A stretch of DNA of 64,000 nt from an uncultured Clostridia bacterium (GTDB lineage: Bacteria > Bacillota > Clostridia > Christensenellales > UBA1242), in the NCBI GenBank assembly GCA_947591785.1, contig CANQDK010000002.1:79069-143068 (forward strand), given 5' to 3'. The translations under genes and the position numbers were made by a program. Positions 52,298-62,200 of the stretch are shown in pieces (the first letter of the stretch is position 1; every line of letters starts with the position of its first letter). The notes beneath the pieces are model-generated. The model was not told where the DNA came from. It searched no databases and saw nothing but the letters and a program-made list of their open reading frames with translations.

Positions 52298-52861
52298 ATG
52301 GCAGAACTTAATGGAAATTACGTTAACGAAGAAAATCATCAAAAGGTAAAAACAAAACTTCAAAAAATTGGATATGTCCTGTTGGGTGTTGGTGCTGTTT
52401 TCAGTATTGTGGGCATTGTGTTGTTGATTTTTGGTTTCACATCAATGGGCAAAATAGTTGAAAAAACCGAGCCTGGAATTCCAACAGTAGGTCAAGGATT
52501 TTCTTCAAGTATCGGCTTATTTATAGGTGGAGGAATTTTGTTAACTATCGGCATAGGTATGTTTGCTTATGGTGTCTATGCATCATTTTTTGCTCATGCA
52601 CGTGAAATAGCCGCGTATGGTGCAAGCACGGTTGCTCCAGTTATTGGAGAGACAACAAACTATCTTGCAGATGAAACATCTCCTGCAATTCAGAAAGTTA
52701 CAAGTGCTATTTCAAATGGAATAAGAGGAAAACAACCAAACGAAAAAGCTGAAACACAAAGTGAACAACAAATAAATTCTGATATAAAATATTGCACTGA
52801 GTGCGGAGCAAAAAACACTCGTGAATCAAAATTCTGCACAAAATGCGGAAACAAATTTTAA
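52298..52861 (+). CDS. Membrane protein (2-3 TM) with a C-terminal zinc-ribbon
   Basis: AAAGGAGAAAATT SD. TM segments IGYVLLGVGAVFSIVGIVLLIFGF and IGLFIGGGILLTIGIGMFAYGVYASFF. The C-terminus is KYCTECGAKNTRESKFCTKCGNKF. Confidence 0.7.
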   Translation: MAELNGNYVNEENHQKVKTKLQKIGYVLLGVGAVFSIVGIVLLIFGFTSMGKIVEKTEPGIPTVGQGFSSSIGLFIGGGILLTIGIGMFAYGVYASFFAHAREIAAYGASTVAPVIGETTNYLADETSPAIQKVTSAISNGIRGKQPNEKAETQSEQQINSDIKYCTECGAKNTRESKFCTKCGNKF

Positions 52862-53036
52862 GTAATTGTAACAAATTTTTTCTTAATTTAAAACTTAACA
52901 ATCTCACTAAAGAAACAAATCGCTAAGTTCTATCCTTTTAGGCAAATATGTTATTATAAATAATTAAAAGTAAATGATTCAACCGAAATTTTATTCAAAA
53001 TATCTTTATCCTTTACAATAAACACAAATTTATTTT

Positions 53037-53480
53037 TTATAAATCTCTAAAGTTCTCTCGAGCAACCATTCCAAGAATGCCAGCACCTGCTATAGAAGTT
53101 ACGCTGGCTAAAACTAAACCTGCTCCAATGCTTGCGTCTTTTATAGCGGTTTTATATAATTTTTCACAACAATCTTTATGCCCTTCTTCGACCCAAATAT
53201 TGCGGAAAACACTTAAATCTTCTGTTCCATTGATATAAGACACCCTCACATCAAACTCCGAATTCGATATTTCCCCATTATCGAATTTTTCTTGAACCTT
53301 TTGAAGTTCTTCTAAACGATAGTTGTCATACGCTTTTGCTTCGTTTAAATGTCCCCGCCATGAAAAAATGCCTCCACCTATCATAAGTCCAACCGAGCCT
53401 GCACCAATTACGGCAGCACCTAAACTGCAAATAATTCCTGCTTTCAAACAAGATTTTCTCCAACTTTTATCTGAATACAT
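53037..53480 (-). CDS. Small two-TM protein with glycine-zipper-like helices
   Basis: AAAGGAGAAAAAAT SD. TM helices GIICSLGAAVIGAGSVGLMIGGGIF and ASIGAGLVLASVTSIAGAGILGMV flank an ~80-aa soluble loop. It lies directly downstream (same strand) of the AAA+ gene. Confidence 0.6.
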   Translation of the reverse strand: MYSDKSWRKSCLKAGIICSLGAAVIGAGSVGLMIGGGIFSWRGHLNEAKAYDNYRLEELQKVQEKFDNGEISNSEFDVRVSYINGTEDLSVFRNIWVEEGHKDCCEKLYKTAIKDASIGAGLVLASVTSIAGAGILGMVARENFRDL

Positions 53481-53510
53481 ATTTTTTCTCCTTTATTTTT
53501 CAGAAAGAAA

Positions 53511-53546
53511 AACAAGACTTTCTGAATTTCTTCAAAAAGTCTTGTT
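53511..53546 (-). other. Perfect 11-bp-stem hairpin between the AAA+ gene and the glycine-zipper gene
   Basis: AACAAGACTTT (53511-21) pairs with AAAGTCTTGTT (53536-46) across a 14-nt loop. On the minus strand it is followed by TTTCTTTCTG and then the SD/ATG of the 53480 gene. Confidence 0.5.
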
Positions 53547-53787
53547 AAAGCATTTGGATTGCTCTTGCAAAGCGGAACAAAAGTTCGAATTGACGCCTTA
53601 CAACCACTTTCGGCTGTGGAAACTACTCCCTTTTTATGTCCATATATTATCACAATCTTTTTTTATTGTCAATATATTTCAAATTTTTTTCTATTTTTTT
53701 TATTTCAACTTTGTCAACCCCTAACAAAAAGAAAAAACAAACTTTAAAAAATTTACAAACATTTACGCCCTTTTTCACATTATACAT

Positions 53788-55806
53788 TTATCCGTTTGCT
53801 TTTTTCCATTCTAGAATTTTTTCAATGTCCTCTTTTTGAACAGAAGGAGTGGTTTGAGAAAGTGCCTCAACAAAGTCATCGTTACAAATAAATTTTTCAT
53901 TTGTTTTTAAACCTCGTATAGCAGAAATTTCCTCAACTTTGTCAAGAAGGGAAGAAATATCTGCACCATTGAAGCCTTCTGTATTTTTGACAACATTTTC
54001 AATGTCAAAATCTCTTATCTCAACAACTTTTTTCTCTTTCAATTTTTCCATTCGTCTGTTTATCATGTATTGTCTCGCAGGAGCATCTGGCAATCCTATA
54101 TAAATTCTTGTTCCAAAACGCCCTGGCCTTAGAAATGCACTATCCACATCCCATGGTTTGTTTGTTGACGCAATGAGAAATAATATATTCTTATTTTCTT
54201 TGCCGTAATCTTCAATGCCTTGCAATTGTGACAACAACTCTGATCTCAATTGTTTTGCATATTGTGCCCTGGTCGATTTTGAGGAAATTGAATCCATCTC
54301 ATCAAAATATATAACTGCACACGGAAATTGTCGTGCCTGCAAGAACAATGATTTTACTGCTTTTTCAGTGTTTCCAATTCCTGTATTTAAAAGGTCGGAA
54401 GGTTTAATTGAACAAAACTTTGCACCAATTTCATTTGCTATCGCAGCTGCTATCATGGTTTTTCCTGTTCCAGGAGGTCCATACAGCAAAAGCCCGCCTC
54501 CGCTTTTTCGAACATACCCTTCAAAAGCATCAGGGCGTTGAAGAGGCAATAAAACTTTCACTTTGACAACTTCTTTCACATTTTCTAGTCCTGCGATGTC
54601 ATCAAAATTTATTGCTGGAAGGTTGTCCCAGTCAAATTTATATTCATTTTTTTCTTCTTCTTTTTCAAAAGAAAACTTCTCTTCAATTTTTTCATTTTTG
54701 TCTATTTTTTCATCATTAGACATGTTCACTTCAAGCGGAATATCTTCCATTGTTATCGTTTGTAATTGGCTGTCACTTGGCTCATCCATTTGAGCAATTC
54801 GCTTAGACTGTTTTGTAACAACATTTTCAAAAAAGTTTCTCACATCTCTTCCATTACCAAAATTTTTACCTCTGTTTTGATAAAGAGAATAAAAATATTT
54901 CTGTAAGAAATGCTTTACATCTTCTTCAATAACATACTGACTCTTTTGACAAAATTTGACGAAAATGTTGTATAATTCTTTTCCGTCATAGTCATCGAAA
55001 TGAATAAAGTTTTTGAAACGAGATTTAAGGCCAGGATTTGAATTTATAAATTTTTCCATAGGTCCGTCATAACCAGCCACGATTACCACAAGGTCATCAC
55101 GCTTATCTTCCATTTCCTTTAATATGGTTTCAATAGACTCCTGTCCAAAGTCGTTTGAGCCACCACCCACAAGCGAATAAGCTTCATCAATAAACAGAAC
55201 TCCGCCTAGAGCCTTTTTGATAACTTCTCTTGTCTTTTCAGCGGTCTGCCCAACATAACCAGCAACAAGTCCGCCTCTGTCAACTTCAACTAAACTCCCC
55301 TCACTCAAGATTCCAAGTGCACAATAAATTTGAGCCATCAGACGAGCAACAGTTGTTTTTCCTGTTCCAGGATTTCCAGTGAACACAAGATGATATGACA
55401 TATCAGGAACGGACAAGCCTCTTTCCTTTCGCTTTTGAAAAACTTTTATTTGGTCAACCCAGTCGCGAACCTTCGCTTTAACCTTTCCCAAGCCCTCAAG
55501 ATTTTCAAGACGACTTAATGCTTCTTCAAGGGAGATTTTTTCATTTTTCTGAGCTTCAACTTCTTTATTTACAGATTTTTCTTTCTTAGGTAAATCAATG
55601 CTTTCCGCCATTTCAATTAAACTTTTTGCTCTGCTAAACCTTGCTTTTTGAAGTTGATTATCGCTTGCCTTTGCCATTTTTAACATCTGTTCAGCAGCAA
55701 GAAAATAATATCGCTTTGCAAGAAGCATATCTTTTTTTTCGTGACACTCCTTTGCTTTGCGATAATAAAGTTCAAATGTTTCATTTAACAAACTTATGTC
55801 AGGCAT
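53788..55806 (-). CDS. MIT-domain protein with two AAA+ modules (SpoVK/CbbX-type followed by Vps4/katanin-type)
   Basis: aa 1-75, ELYYRKAKECHEKKDMLLAKRYYFLAAEQMLKMAKASD...RAKSLIEMAESI, follow the MIT three-helix pattern. AAA-1 has HLVFTGNPGTGKTTVARL...VLFIDEAY...VIVAGY. AAA-2 has LLLYGPPGTGKTMIAAAIA...VIYFDEMDS...ASTNKPWDVDSAFLRPGRF. The C-terminus ...TPSVQKEDIEKILEWKK resembles meiotic-clade AAA proteins. Confidence 0.85.
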   Translation of the reverse strand: MPDISLLNETFELYYRKAKECHEKKDMLLAKRYYFLAAEQMLKMAKASDNQLQKARFSRAKSLIEMAESIDLPKKEKSVNKEVEAQKNEKISLEEALSRLENLEGLGKVKAKVRDWVDQIKVFQKRKERGLSVPDMSYHLVFTGNPGTGKTTVARLMAQIYCALGILSEGSLVEVDRGGLVAGYVGQTAEKTREVIKKALGGVLFIDEAYSLVGGGSNDFGQESIETILKEMEDKRDDLVVIVAGYDGPMEKFINSNPGLKSRFKNFIHFDDYDGKELYNIFVKFCQKSQYVIEEDVKHFLQKYFYSLYQNRGKNFGNGRDVRNFFENVVTKQSKRIAQMDEPSDSQLQTITMEDIPLEVNMSNDEKIDKNEKIEEKFSFEKEEEKNEYKFDWDNLPAINFDDIAGLENVKEVVKVKVLLPLQRPDAFEGYVRKSGGGLLLYGPPGTGKTMIAAAIANEIGAKFCSIKPSDLLNTGIGNTEKAVKSLFLQARQFPCAVIYFDEMDSISSKSTRAQYAKQLRSELLSQLQGIEDYGKENKNILFLIASTNKPWDVDSAFLRPGRFGTRIYIGLPDAPARQYMINRRMEKLKEKKVVEIRDFDIENVVKNTEGFNGADISSLLDKVEEISAIRGLKTNEKFICNDDFVEALSQTTPSVQKEDIEKILEWKKANG

Positions 55807-55816
55807 ATTTCCCCTT

Positions 55817-56377
55817 TTAAGACATCTTTTTCTTTAACTGTTCAAGTTCCTTTTCAATCTCACTGTCAACCGCACCATCCATGCTTGCTTCATTGTTGAG
55901 AACAGCTTCAAGTTCTTTATGTTCTTCTTCACTAGTCATTGTGCGAGAAGAGAAAGTCGATTGAGTTTCTTCCAAAAATTCTTCCATCTGCTCGGCTTGA
56001 ACTTCGACACCCATCATTGCCTCATTAAACTGCTTCTCAACCTTCTTAAAGTCGGATTCTTTTGTAAGTTTCATCATATCCTTGCTTAAAACACTCATGC
56101 CTGCAAGAAAGTCAGAAGTCATTTTTGTCATATCTTTCATTTGAGAGGTGATTTCAAAATTTAACTTCATTTCATAAACACTTCTCTGCTGAGAAATTGT
56201 CATTTTTAAACCAGCTAAGGCAAGATTGTATTGAGCAGTAAGGCCTTTTTGTTTTGCCTCCTTTCCAGCATCAATATAGCCTTGCTTTTGTTTTTCAAGC
56301 TTCTGGATTTGTTTCTCCATTTCGTTTATTGTGCGTTTTATAAGCATACGCTTTTCAATTTCTTTTTTAGACGACAT
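55817..56377 (-). CDS. ESCRT-III/Snf7-like (PspA/Vipp1 superfamily) coiled-coil protein with a C-terminal MIM1-like motif
   Basis: 186 aa, all-helical heptad pattern. INEMEKQIQKLEKQKQGYIDAGKEAKQKG + LTAQYNLALAGLKMTISQQRSVYEMKLNFE reads as an alpha1/alpha2 hairpin. MTSDFLAGMSVLSKDMMKL...FKKVEKQFNEAMMGVEVQAEQMEEFLEE matches the Snf7 alpha3-alpha5 pattern. An acidic linker follows, then the terminal DSEIEKELEQLKKK. Confidence 0.6.
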   Translation of the reverse strand: MSSKKEIEKRMLIKRTINEMEKQIQKLEKQKQGYIDAGKEAKQKGLTAQYNLALAGLKMTISQQRSVYEMKLNFEITSQMKDMTKMTSDFLAGMSVLSKDMMKLTKESDFKKVEKQFNEAMMGVEVQAEQMEEFLEETQSTFSSRTMTSEEEHKELEAVLNNEASMDGAVDSEIEKELEQLKKKMS

Positions 56378-56388
56378 AAATTTCTCCT

Positions 56389-56985
56389 TTATTTATTTTC
56401 ATCACTACTCGTTTTGGTTTCGGCGGAAGTTGAAAACATTTCTTGTTCATTGTCAATTTGCTCTTCTGTTTCAAACATGGCAAGAAGTGCATCATCTTGG
56501 TCGCTCATTCCGTATATGCTTTCATTCTTGTCATAAGACTCTTCAACCTCTTTAAAAACTTCGTCAGCAGATGTCAAAATATCTTCGCTCTTTGTCTTTG
56601 TTCCAAGTGCTTTATTCAAAAACTTTGCAAGCCCTTTTTGGTCTGCAAGAAGTTTGTTAAGCGGAATTTTTGTTGTGTTTTTAAAAAATTGATTGTCATC
56701 TATTGCGGTTTTAAGTTTGTTTAAAAGTTGAGTGTTATACATGAGATACATTGCTCGCTGAACACTTTGTTCTCTTTCAAGTTTAAGTGAGTTGATTTTT
56801 TTTGCATAAAAAAGTTTGACATCTTTCTCTTTTTCAGCCTTTCCCTTTGCCATTAACTGATTGATTTGTTCTTGTTTTGCACTCAAACCTTCTTCAATTT
56901 CTTTTTCTTCTTGTTCAAGTTTGCAAATGGCGTCAACCACTTCTTCGCGTGACATTTTGTCATATTTATTTTTAAAAAACCACAT
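56389..56985 (-). CDS. Second ESCRT-III/Snf7-like coiled-coil protein
   Basis: 198 aa. It has an aromatic N-terminus (MWFFKNK). LEQEEKEIEEGLSAKQEQINQLMAKGKAEKEKDVKLFYAKKINSLKLEREQSVQRAMYLMYNTQLLNKLKTAI fits the Snf7 hairpin pattern (K..A...lk.kk..e.q). The C-terminal tail is acidic. Confidence 0.5.
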   Translation of the reverse strand: MWFFKNKYDKMSREEVVDAICKLEQEEKEIEEGLSAKQEQINQLMAKGKAEKEKDVKLFYAKKINSLKLEREQSVQRAMYLMYNTQLLNKLKTAIDDNQFFKNTTKIPLNKLLADQKGLAKFLNKALGTKTKSEDILTSADEVFKEVEESYDKNESIYGMSDQDDALLAMFETEEQIDNEQEMFSTSAETKTSSDENK

Positions 56986-56998
56986 ATTTTACTACCCC

Positions 56999-57325
56999 TT
57001 AAAGTTTTGCGTTTCTGTCAGCGATATTAAGACGAATATCTGCAAGAGCATTTTCAACTTTTTTGCTGGTTTCACCATCTGATTTGACAAGGGCAATTCT
57101 CATATCCTCAATATGTCTTTTGATTTTGACATCAAAATCATAAATCTTATCATCAGGAGAAGGAACAAGATATTTAATTTTTTCCTTTAATTCTTTAAGT
57201 TTTTCAACCAAATTTTCATCTTTTTCGGCAAGAATTAAAAGAGCATCAATAGCCTTTTCGTTTTGACTTATAAGTTCTCTGTCTTTTGTATTGTTTTGTG
57301 AATTTTTCTTTTTAAATAAGCCCAT
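56999..57325 (-). CDS. Small helical protein with a CHMP-like MGLFKKK N-terminus
   Basis: 108 aa with a TAGGAGG SD. It is predicted all-helical and its family is unassigned. Confidence 0.5.
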   Translation of the reverse strand: MGLFKKKNSQNNTKDRELISQNEKAIDALLILAEKDENLVEKLKELKEKIKYLVPSPDDKIYDFDVKIKRHIEDMRIALVKSDGETSKKVENALADIRLNIADRNAKL

Positions 57326-57335
57326 TTTAAACCTC

Positions 57336-58355
57336 CTATTTTAACTTTGTTCCGCAAGACGAACAGAACACTGCATCTTTATCATTTAACTTTCCGCATT
57401 TTGGACAAAGATTTGTGTCTTTTCCAACTTTCTTTCCACATTTTGCACAGAATTTGTCATTGCCACTGATTTCCGCTCCGCAGTTTGAACAGAACGAACC
57501 TGTTTTGTTATCTTTTGGATGGCCAATGATTTTCAAAACTTCATAATATGCATTTTTGTCTGCCAATTCAAGTTGGCGGAGATATTTTTCTCTTTCCCAT
57601 TGTTTGTCATCAAGTCTTTCAAGTTCGGCAAGATACTCTTTGACTTTCTCGTTTTTCTTCACTTCGGCAGCAGCTTCTTCGACAGCATTGCTATCTTCGT
57701 CACTTATGCCCAAATATTCAATGACAAAATTGCTAAGTCCAATTCCCCAACTGTTTTCAAAAATTTTGCTGAGGAGTTTTCCAGTGTTCTCTTGGATTTT
57801 TTTCTTGTTTGCATCAAATTTGTCATACGTCAACTTTAACTCATCAACAACTTTCAAGAAATTGTCAGTAAATTCACTTAAAACATTTGCACTAAATCTT
57901 TCTTGGAATTCATCAAGGCTGAACTCTTTTTTGACACCAACAACTTTTCTGAAAAATTGTTCAGGATTAACGATTACAACATCAAAGACACCATGTGCAG
58001 CAACACTGATAACTTTGTTGCTTGCCTCATCTCTATATTTGATTTTTTCCTTTGTCCCCCACTTTATAGGAACATTTGGGTCTTTTGGCATATAGATTAT
58101 GTCTACAGATGAGCCGATTTTCCAATTTTTAACTTCTGTCTTGTCGTCAAAAACAGGATAAGTTCCACTCTTATAAACTCTTCCATCTCCGCCACCTTTG
58201 ATGACATAGGCGATATGTGTAAGTGGAACTTCAAACATAGCCTTTTTGTTTTTAACCTGGTCGGTTACTCTCACAAACAAAATCTTATTGTCGTCAACAC
58301 TAGCTTTGCAAAGATTTTGTTCAAACTTAATCACTTGTGTTTCTTTTTTTAACAT
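57336..58355 (-). CDS. SPFH/Band-7-like protein with C-terminal tandem zinc-ribbons (COG4260/YdjI-type architecture)
   Basis: AAGGAGAG SD before ATG 58355; the track start is 58403. A beta-rich N-terminal ~230 aa is followed by the coiled-coil KVKEYLAELERLDDKQWEREKYLRQLELADK. The C-terminus is FCSNCGAEISGNDKFCAKCGKKV...LCPKCGKLNDKDAVFCSSCGTKL. Confidence 0.65.
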   Translation of the reverse strand: MLKKETQVIKFEQNLCKASVDDNKILFVRVTDQVKNKKAMFEVPLTHIAYVIKGGGDGRVYKSGTYPVFDDKTEVKNWKIGSSVDIIYMPKDPNVPIKWGTKEKIKYRDEASNKVISVAAHGVFDVVIVNPEQFFRKVVGVKKEFSLDEFQERFSANVLSEFTDNFLKVVDELKLTYDKFDANKKKIQENTGKLLSKIFENSWGIGLSNFVIEYLGISDEDSNAVEEAAAEVKKNEKVKEYLAELERLDDKQWEREKYLRQLELADKNAYYEVLKIIGHPKDNKTGSFCSNCGAEISGNDKFCAKCGKKVGKDTNLCPKCGKLNDKDAVFCSSCGTKLK

Positions 58356-58471
58356 AACTCTCTCCTTAAAAAATTTTTCTTTAGAAAAATAATATTCTGT
58401 CAATTCATTATATCACTAAACGATGTGGAAAAGTCAAGTGTTTTACATTCTGTAAACCTTTACATGCAAAA

Positions 58472-59221
58472 TTAGAACATAGGTATAGTCTTTCTCACAC
58501 TTGACAAAAATTGGATTATGATATCGCAAGGCACTGCAAAATTCATGCCTTCTGCACCAGTGACACCCGAAACTATTGCACCAATCACTTTTCCTTTTTC
58601 GTTGAACATAGGGCCACCCGAATTTCCACCATTTATTGCACAGTCTGTCATTAAAAGTCGTTTTCCTTTGACAATTCTTGACTTATCGCTGACAATTCCA
58701 CTTGTGATGCAAGTTCCAGCACCCAACGAATTCCCAACAACATAAACTTGTTCGCCGATACGAACTTTTTCAAAGTCTTCAAATTCAAGTGCAACAGCCC
58801 CTCTTGGTAGATATTGCAATTTGATAAGTGCCAAATCGACACCACTGCCATCTCCGTGTCTATCGTCACCCAATGCAACAACCACTGCAGGAACTTTTGT
58901 GTTGTTTATCTTCACCCAAACTTGTTCACAAGACTTGCCATCTGCAAATGTGACGACATGAGTATTTGTGATTGCATATCCCTGTTTGTTGATGAGAAAG
59001 CCCGAGCCTGAGTTTAGAATGTTTCCATTTTGCCAAGTGATTTCAAGAATGCCGCCAATGTTTTTTTCAAACACACTTGCACCACCGCTTATAGATTTTT
59101 CTTTCACGTGAACTGACTCTGTCATCACGTCATCTTCTGAAAAAACCGAACCGCAATACAAACATTTATATTTCCCGTTTTCTTGTTTTTTACATTCACC
59201 TTGACAGAATTTGCAATTCAT
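58472..59221 (-). CDS. Zinc-ribbon-fused trypsin-like (S1/HtrA-type) serine protease, no signal peptide
   Basis: N-terminal CKFCQGEC-x10-CLYCGSVF. The catalytic triad context is AITNTHVV (His), VDLALIKL (Asp) and NGGNSGGPMFN (Ser). AAGGAGG SD. Confidence 0.8.
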   Translation of the reverse strand: MNCKFCQGECKKQENGKYKCLYCGSVFSEDDVMTESVHVKEKSISGGASVFEKNIGGILEITWQNGNILNSGSGFLINKQGYAITNTHVVTFADGKSCEQVWVKINNTKVPAVVVALGDDRHGDGSGVDLALIKLQYLPRGAVALEFEDFEKVRIGEQVYVVGNSLGAGTCITSGIVSDKSRIVKGKRLLMTDCAINGGNSGGPMFNEKGKVIGAIVSGVTGAEGMNFAVPCDIIIQFLSSVRKTIPMF

Positions 59222-59275
59222 ATTTCCTCCTTGAATCTTTTATAGACTTGAATTTTTAGAATAATCTTATATTTT

Positions 59276-62200
59276 TTATACATCTTTTTTCCACGTCTCA
59301 GTCCTATAATCGGATTTAAGTAATTGTGCCATTTTAGTAGGATTTTTCAACTCATAATAAATTCCTTTTGAACCAGCATGCCAACCAGTTGACGTATCTT
59401 TAAATACTACTTCATTTAGATTTTTGAGACTTGAAAATGCATAACTGTTTATGGTGGTAAGTCCTGTAGAAATTGTCACCTTTGTAACCCTTTCCATCAT
59501 TTCACCTGGAATCCAGCCACCGTCTATTGTTATTACCACCTTTCCATTAAGTTCTTCTGGAATTTCAATTTCAACATCACCATCATCTCTGATATAACAA
59601 GTTCTAACTTCCCCCGATGTAATTCTCAAAAGGTAGCCCTCCCCCACAAACACTTGGCTTTGATAGAGAGGAATCATTCCCAAGCATACAGAAATCAAAA
59701 CTGGTGCTATGAATGGCAAGAAAAGCATTATTTTGTCTACTGTGACGCTATATGGCTCTCTATAATATGCCACCATACAGTAAATAGTCACTAATAATAA
59801 TATGCTGAACAAAATTAGCATTGGAATTAATATGTAATCATCACCCATAAATCCGACAGCATAGACAAGCCAGAAATCAAATTTTCCACAAAGCGTTAAA
59901 ATCAACGTAACAACTATGCCAGCACCCAAAATAAACGATGCAGGAAGAAGAATATAGCGTTGTGGCCTTGTTTCGTCCCACCCTTCGCGGCCAAAAAAAT
60001 ATACAAAAGCTTTCCAAAGCATTATTAAAGGAAAACCAATTATCATAAAGAATTTTTTGATTAAAGATGCATTAAGAAATTGCATTCTATATGTGCGATC
60101 TAGTTTGTTGTCGTATCTATGTGTCTCTATTAATTCTCTTTTCTTTTTAAAATTGTCTGAATAATAATCATTTTCACTTTCTTGCAATTCTTTTAAACAT
60201 TTTTCTATATCGTTGTGATTAAAAATGTTTGCAAGTGCTATAAGATTGTCAAATACATCAGTTTTCATTCTTGGAAGACGAGAACCATGATAAGTTTGAT
60301 TTAAAGCCAATTTTAATTCCCCTGTTGCACTCTTCAGCCCCTTACATATATTTGATGGAGTGGAAGTTTTCAAATTTAACCCATAATTGTTGTTAAATCT
60401 TTTAACTAAATCTTTTAAATAATTTTCACTAAAGGTTTCGTAGGCTTTTTTGTAAATCGGTAGCATGTCGTTTTTGTGAAGTTTTGAATCAAATCCAAAA
60501 CTTATGGTTGGAACCATATATTTGTTTACTTTTGCACAATCAGCCACAGCTTTATTTAATTCAAGATAATAGTTTTCAGCATTTGGAAACTTTTCTGTGT
60601 AGGTGTTTATTGCTGAAAGATAATCTTCATCGTCTAAAAGTTCATCAGAATACTTCATTAAATCTGCATCTTGAACAACTTTATGTCTAACCAAAAATCT
60701 GTTAAAATAAGCATTATGGTCAAACGGGTCAATTGAGAGGACAAGATTGATATATTCAGCGATTTTATCAAAATCCTTTTTTAAATAGTCTATATTTTCT
60801 GCCCCTTGCACTTCGCCCATTTTTTCAATTCGATAGTTCACTCTGTTTGAAAAGTCTTCAAAGTCATAGAGATAATCCAAAAACGAGTTTACCGTATTTT
60901 TAAACATTTCGTTTTCTTGCTTTGGTATCATGCTGAGCAAAAAGTCAAATATGCTGCAAGCACTATCAATATCTCTTTTGCCAGATTCATCTCTTTTATT
61001 GATTGTTATTTCTGTCAGTTTTTTAACCGCATAATTGTTATAGCCATAGGCAAAAACTTGTTCTTCAATCGTCTTTTGATTTTCGATATTACTGCAATAT
61101 TCGTAAATCAAATCATCGTTTAACAAATTATTCTCTACTAAGAAAGTTTCATAAAGAGCCTCTTGATTTGATGGATCAATGCTTAAAATGTTGTCATAAT
61201 ATGTTTTTCGGTTTTCGGCAGGAAGAATATGTAAAAACTCTGTGTTCATCTTTAAATAAAGGTCGGTATCCTTAATCGTTCTGATAATACTATTGAACAC
61301 TGTTTCATCTTTTGATTCCAATGCGGATTTAAACATAACACTTGTTAAGGTTGCAATTGATTCATCATCTGAATCAGGCAAAGCAATATATTCTTCATAA
61401 TCGGAAAGATTTTTATGTTTTTTAACTCTTTCCTCAAGCAAATCATACAACGAGTTGTCATCTTTATGGCGTGTTGCGATAGCCTTTTCAAAGACACTAT
61501 AATCGTCTATCTTTGGACATTCCACAAACTTCTCTTTGTCTGAAAATTTGTTTTCAGCAAGGAATGAAATAAAATACGCGTCACTAAGACTAGGATTTAT
61601 GCCCAAAATGCTATTGCAGAAAGACTGAGCATGAACATAGTCACCATTTTTCAAAAGATCTTCCGCATTTTTAAGCATTGTAAGTTCTGAAATTGTGGCT
61701 TTTTTACCCTTTAAATCTCCCAAATCCCTCTTTTTGATGGCTTGTTTATTTAATTGCTTTTTCTTTACTTGAATTTCGGCATAATCTTTTCTTTGAATTG
61801 TTGGAATATTTGAAGAAGAAAATTTATCTACAAAATCCAACACCTGTTGAAGTGCCTTATAGTTGTTAAAATCAATACCTTGAATTTTTCCCTTAACATT
61901 TGGCAATTTTTCAACAGGTTTACCTTTAAAAACAAAGGTTATACTCCCATCTTCCTTTTCACCCTCGGAAAGCATGTGATTATATCTTGAATATTCATTT
62001 CGAACCCAAGGAGTCTGCAAATATGCTTCATTTGTGCAAACAATAATCATGCTTTTTGCACAATAAAGAGCATAGAGAATCATTGCCTCATAGTCCGAAC
62101 CAACTTTGCCACTCATTTCCTCTTCCGAGTAGAAAGGTTTATAGTCAAGTTTTCTCAGTTCGTGATAAAGTTTTGAAGCGATTGTGCTGTCCTCTGTGTG

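Noticed and set aside
53547-53787. Possible small RNA or ORF (69-aa track ORF 53444-53653) in the 300-nt gap after the AAA+ gene
   Set aside because: I could find no convincing promoter, conserved structure or SD. Only the 11-bp hairpin at 53511-46 is solid, and it is reported separately.
57556-58095. 179-aa Ser-rich plus-strand ORF antisense to the SPFH gene
   Set aside because: Its composition is typical of antisense reading of a Lys/Glu-rich gene, it has no SD, and the opposite frame has conserved domain features and zinc-ribbons.
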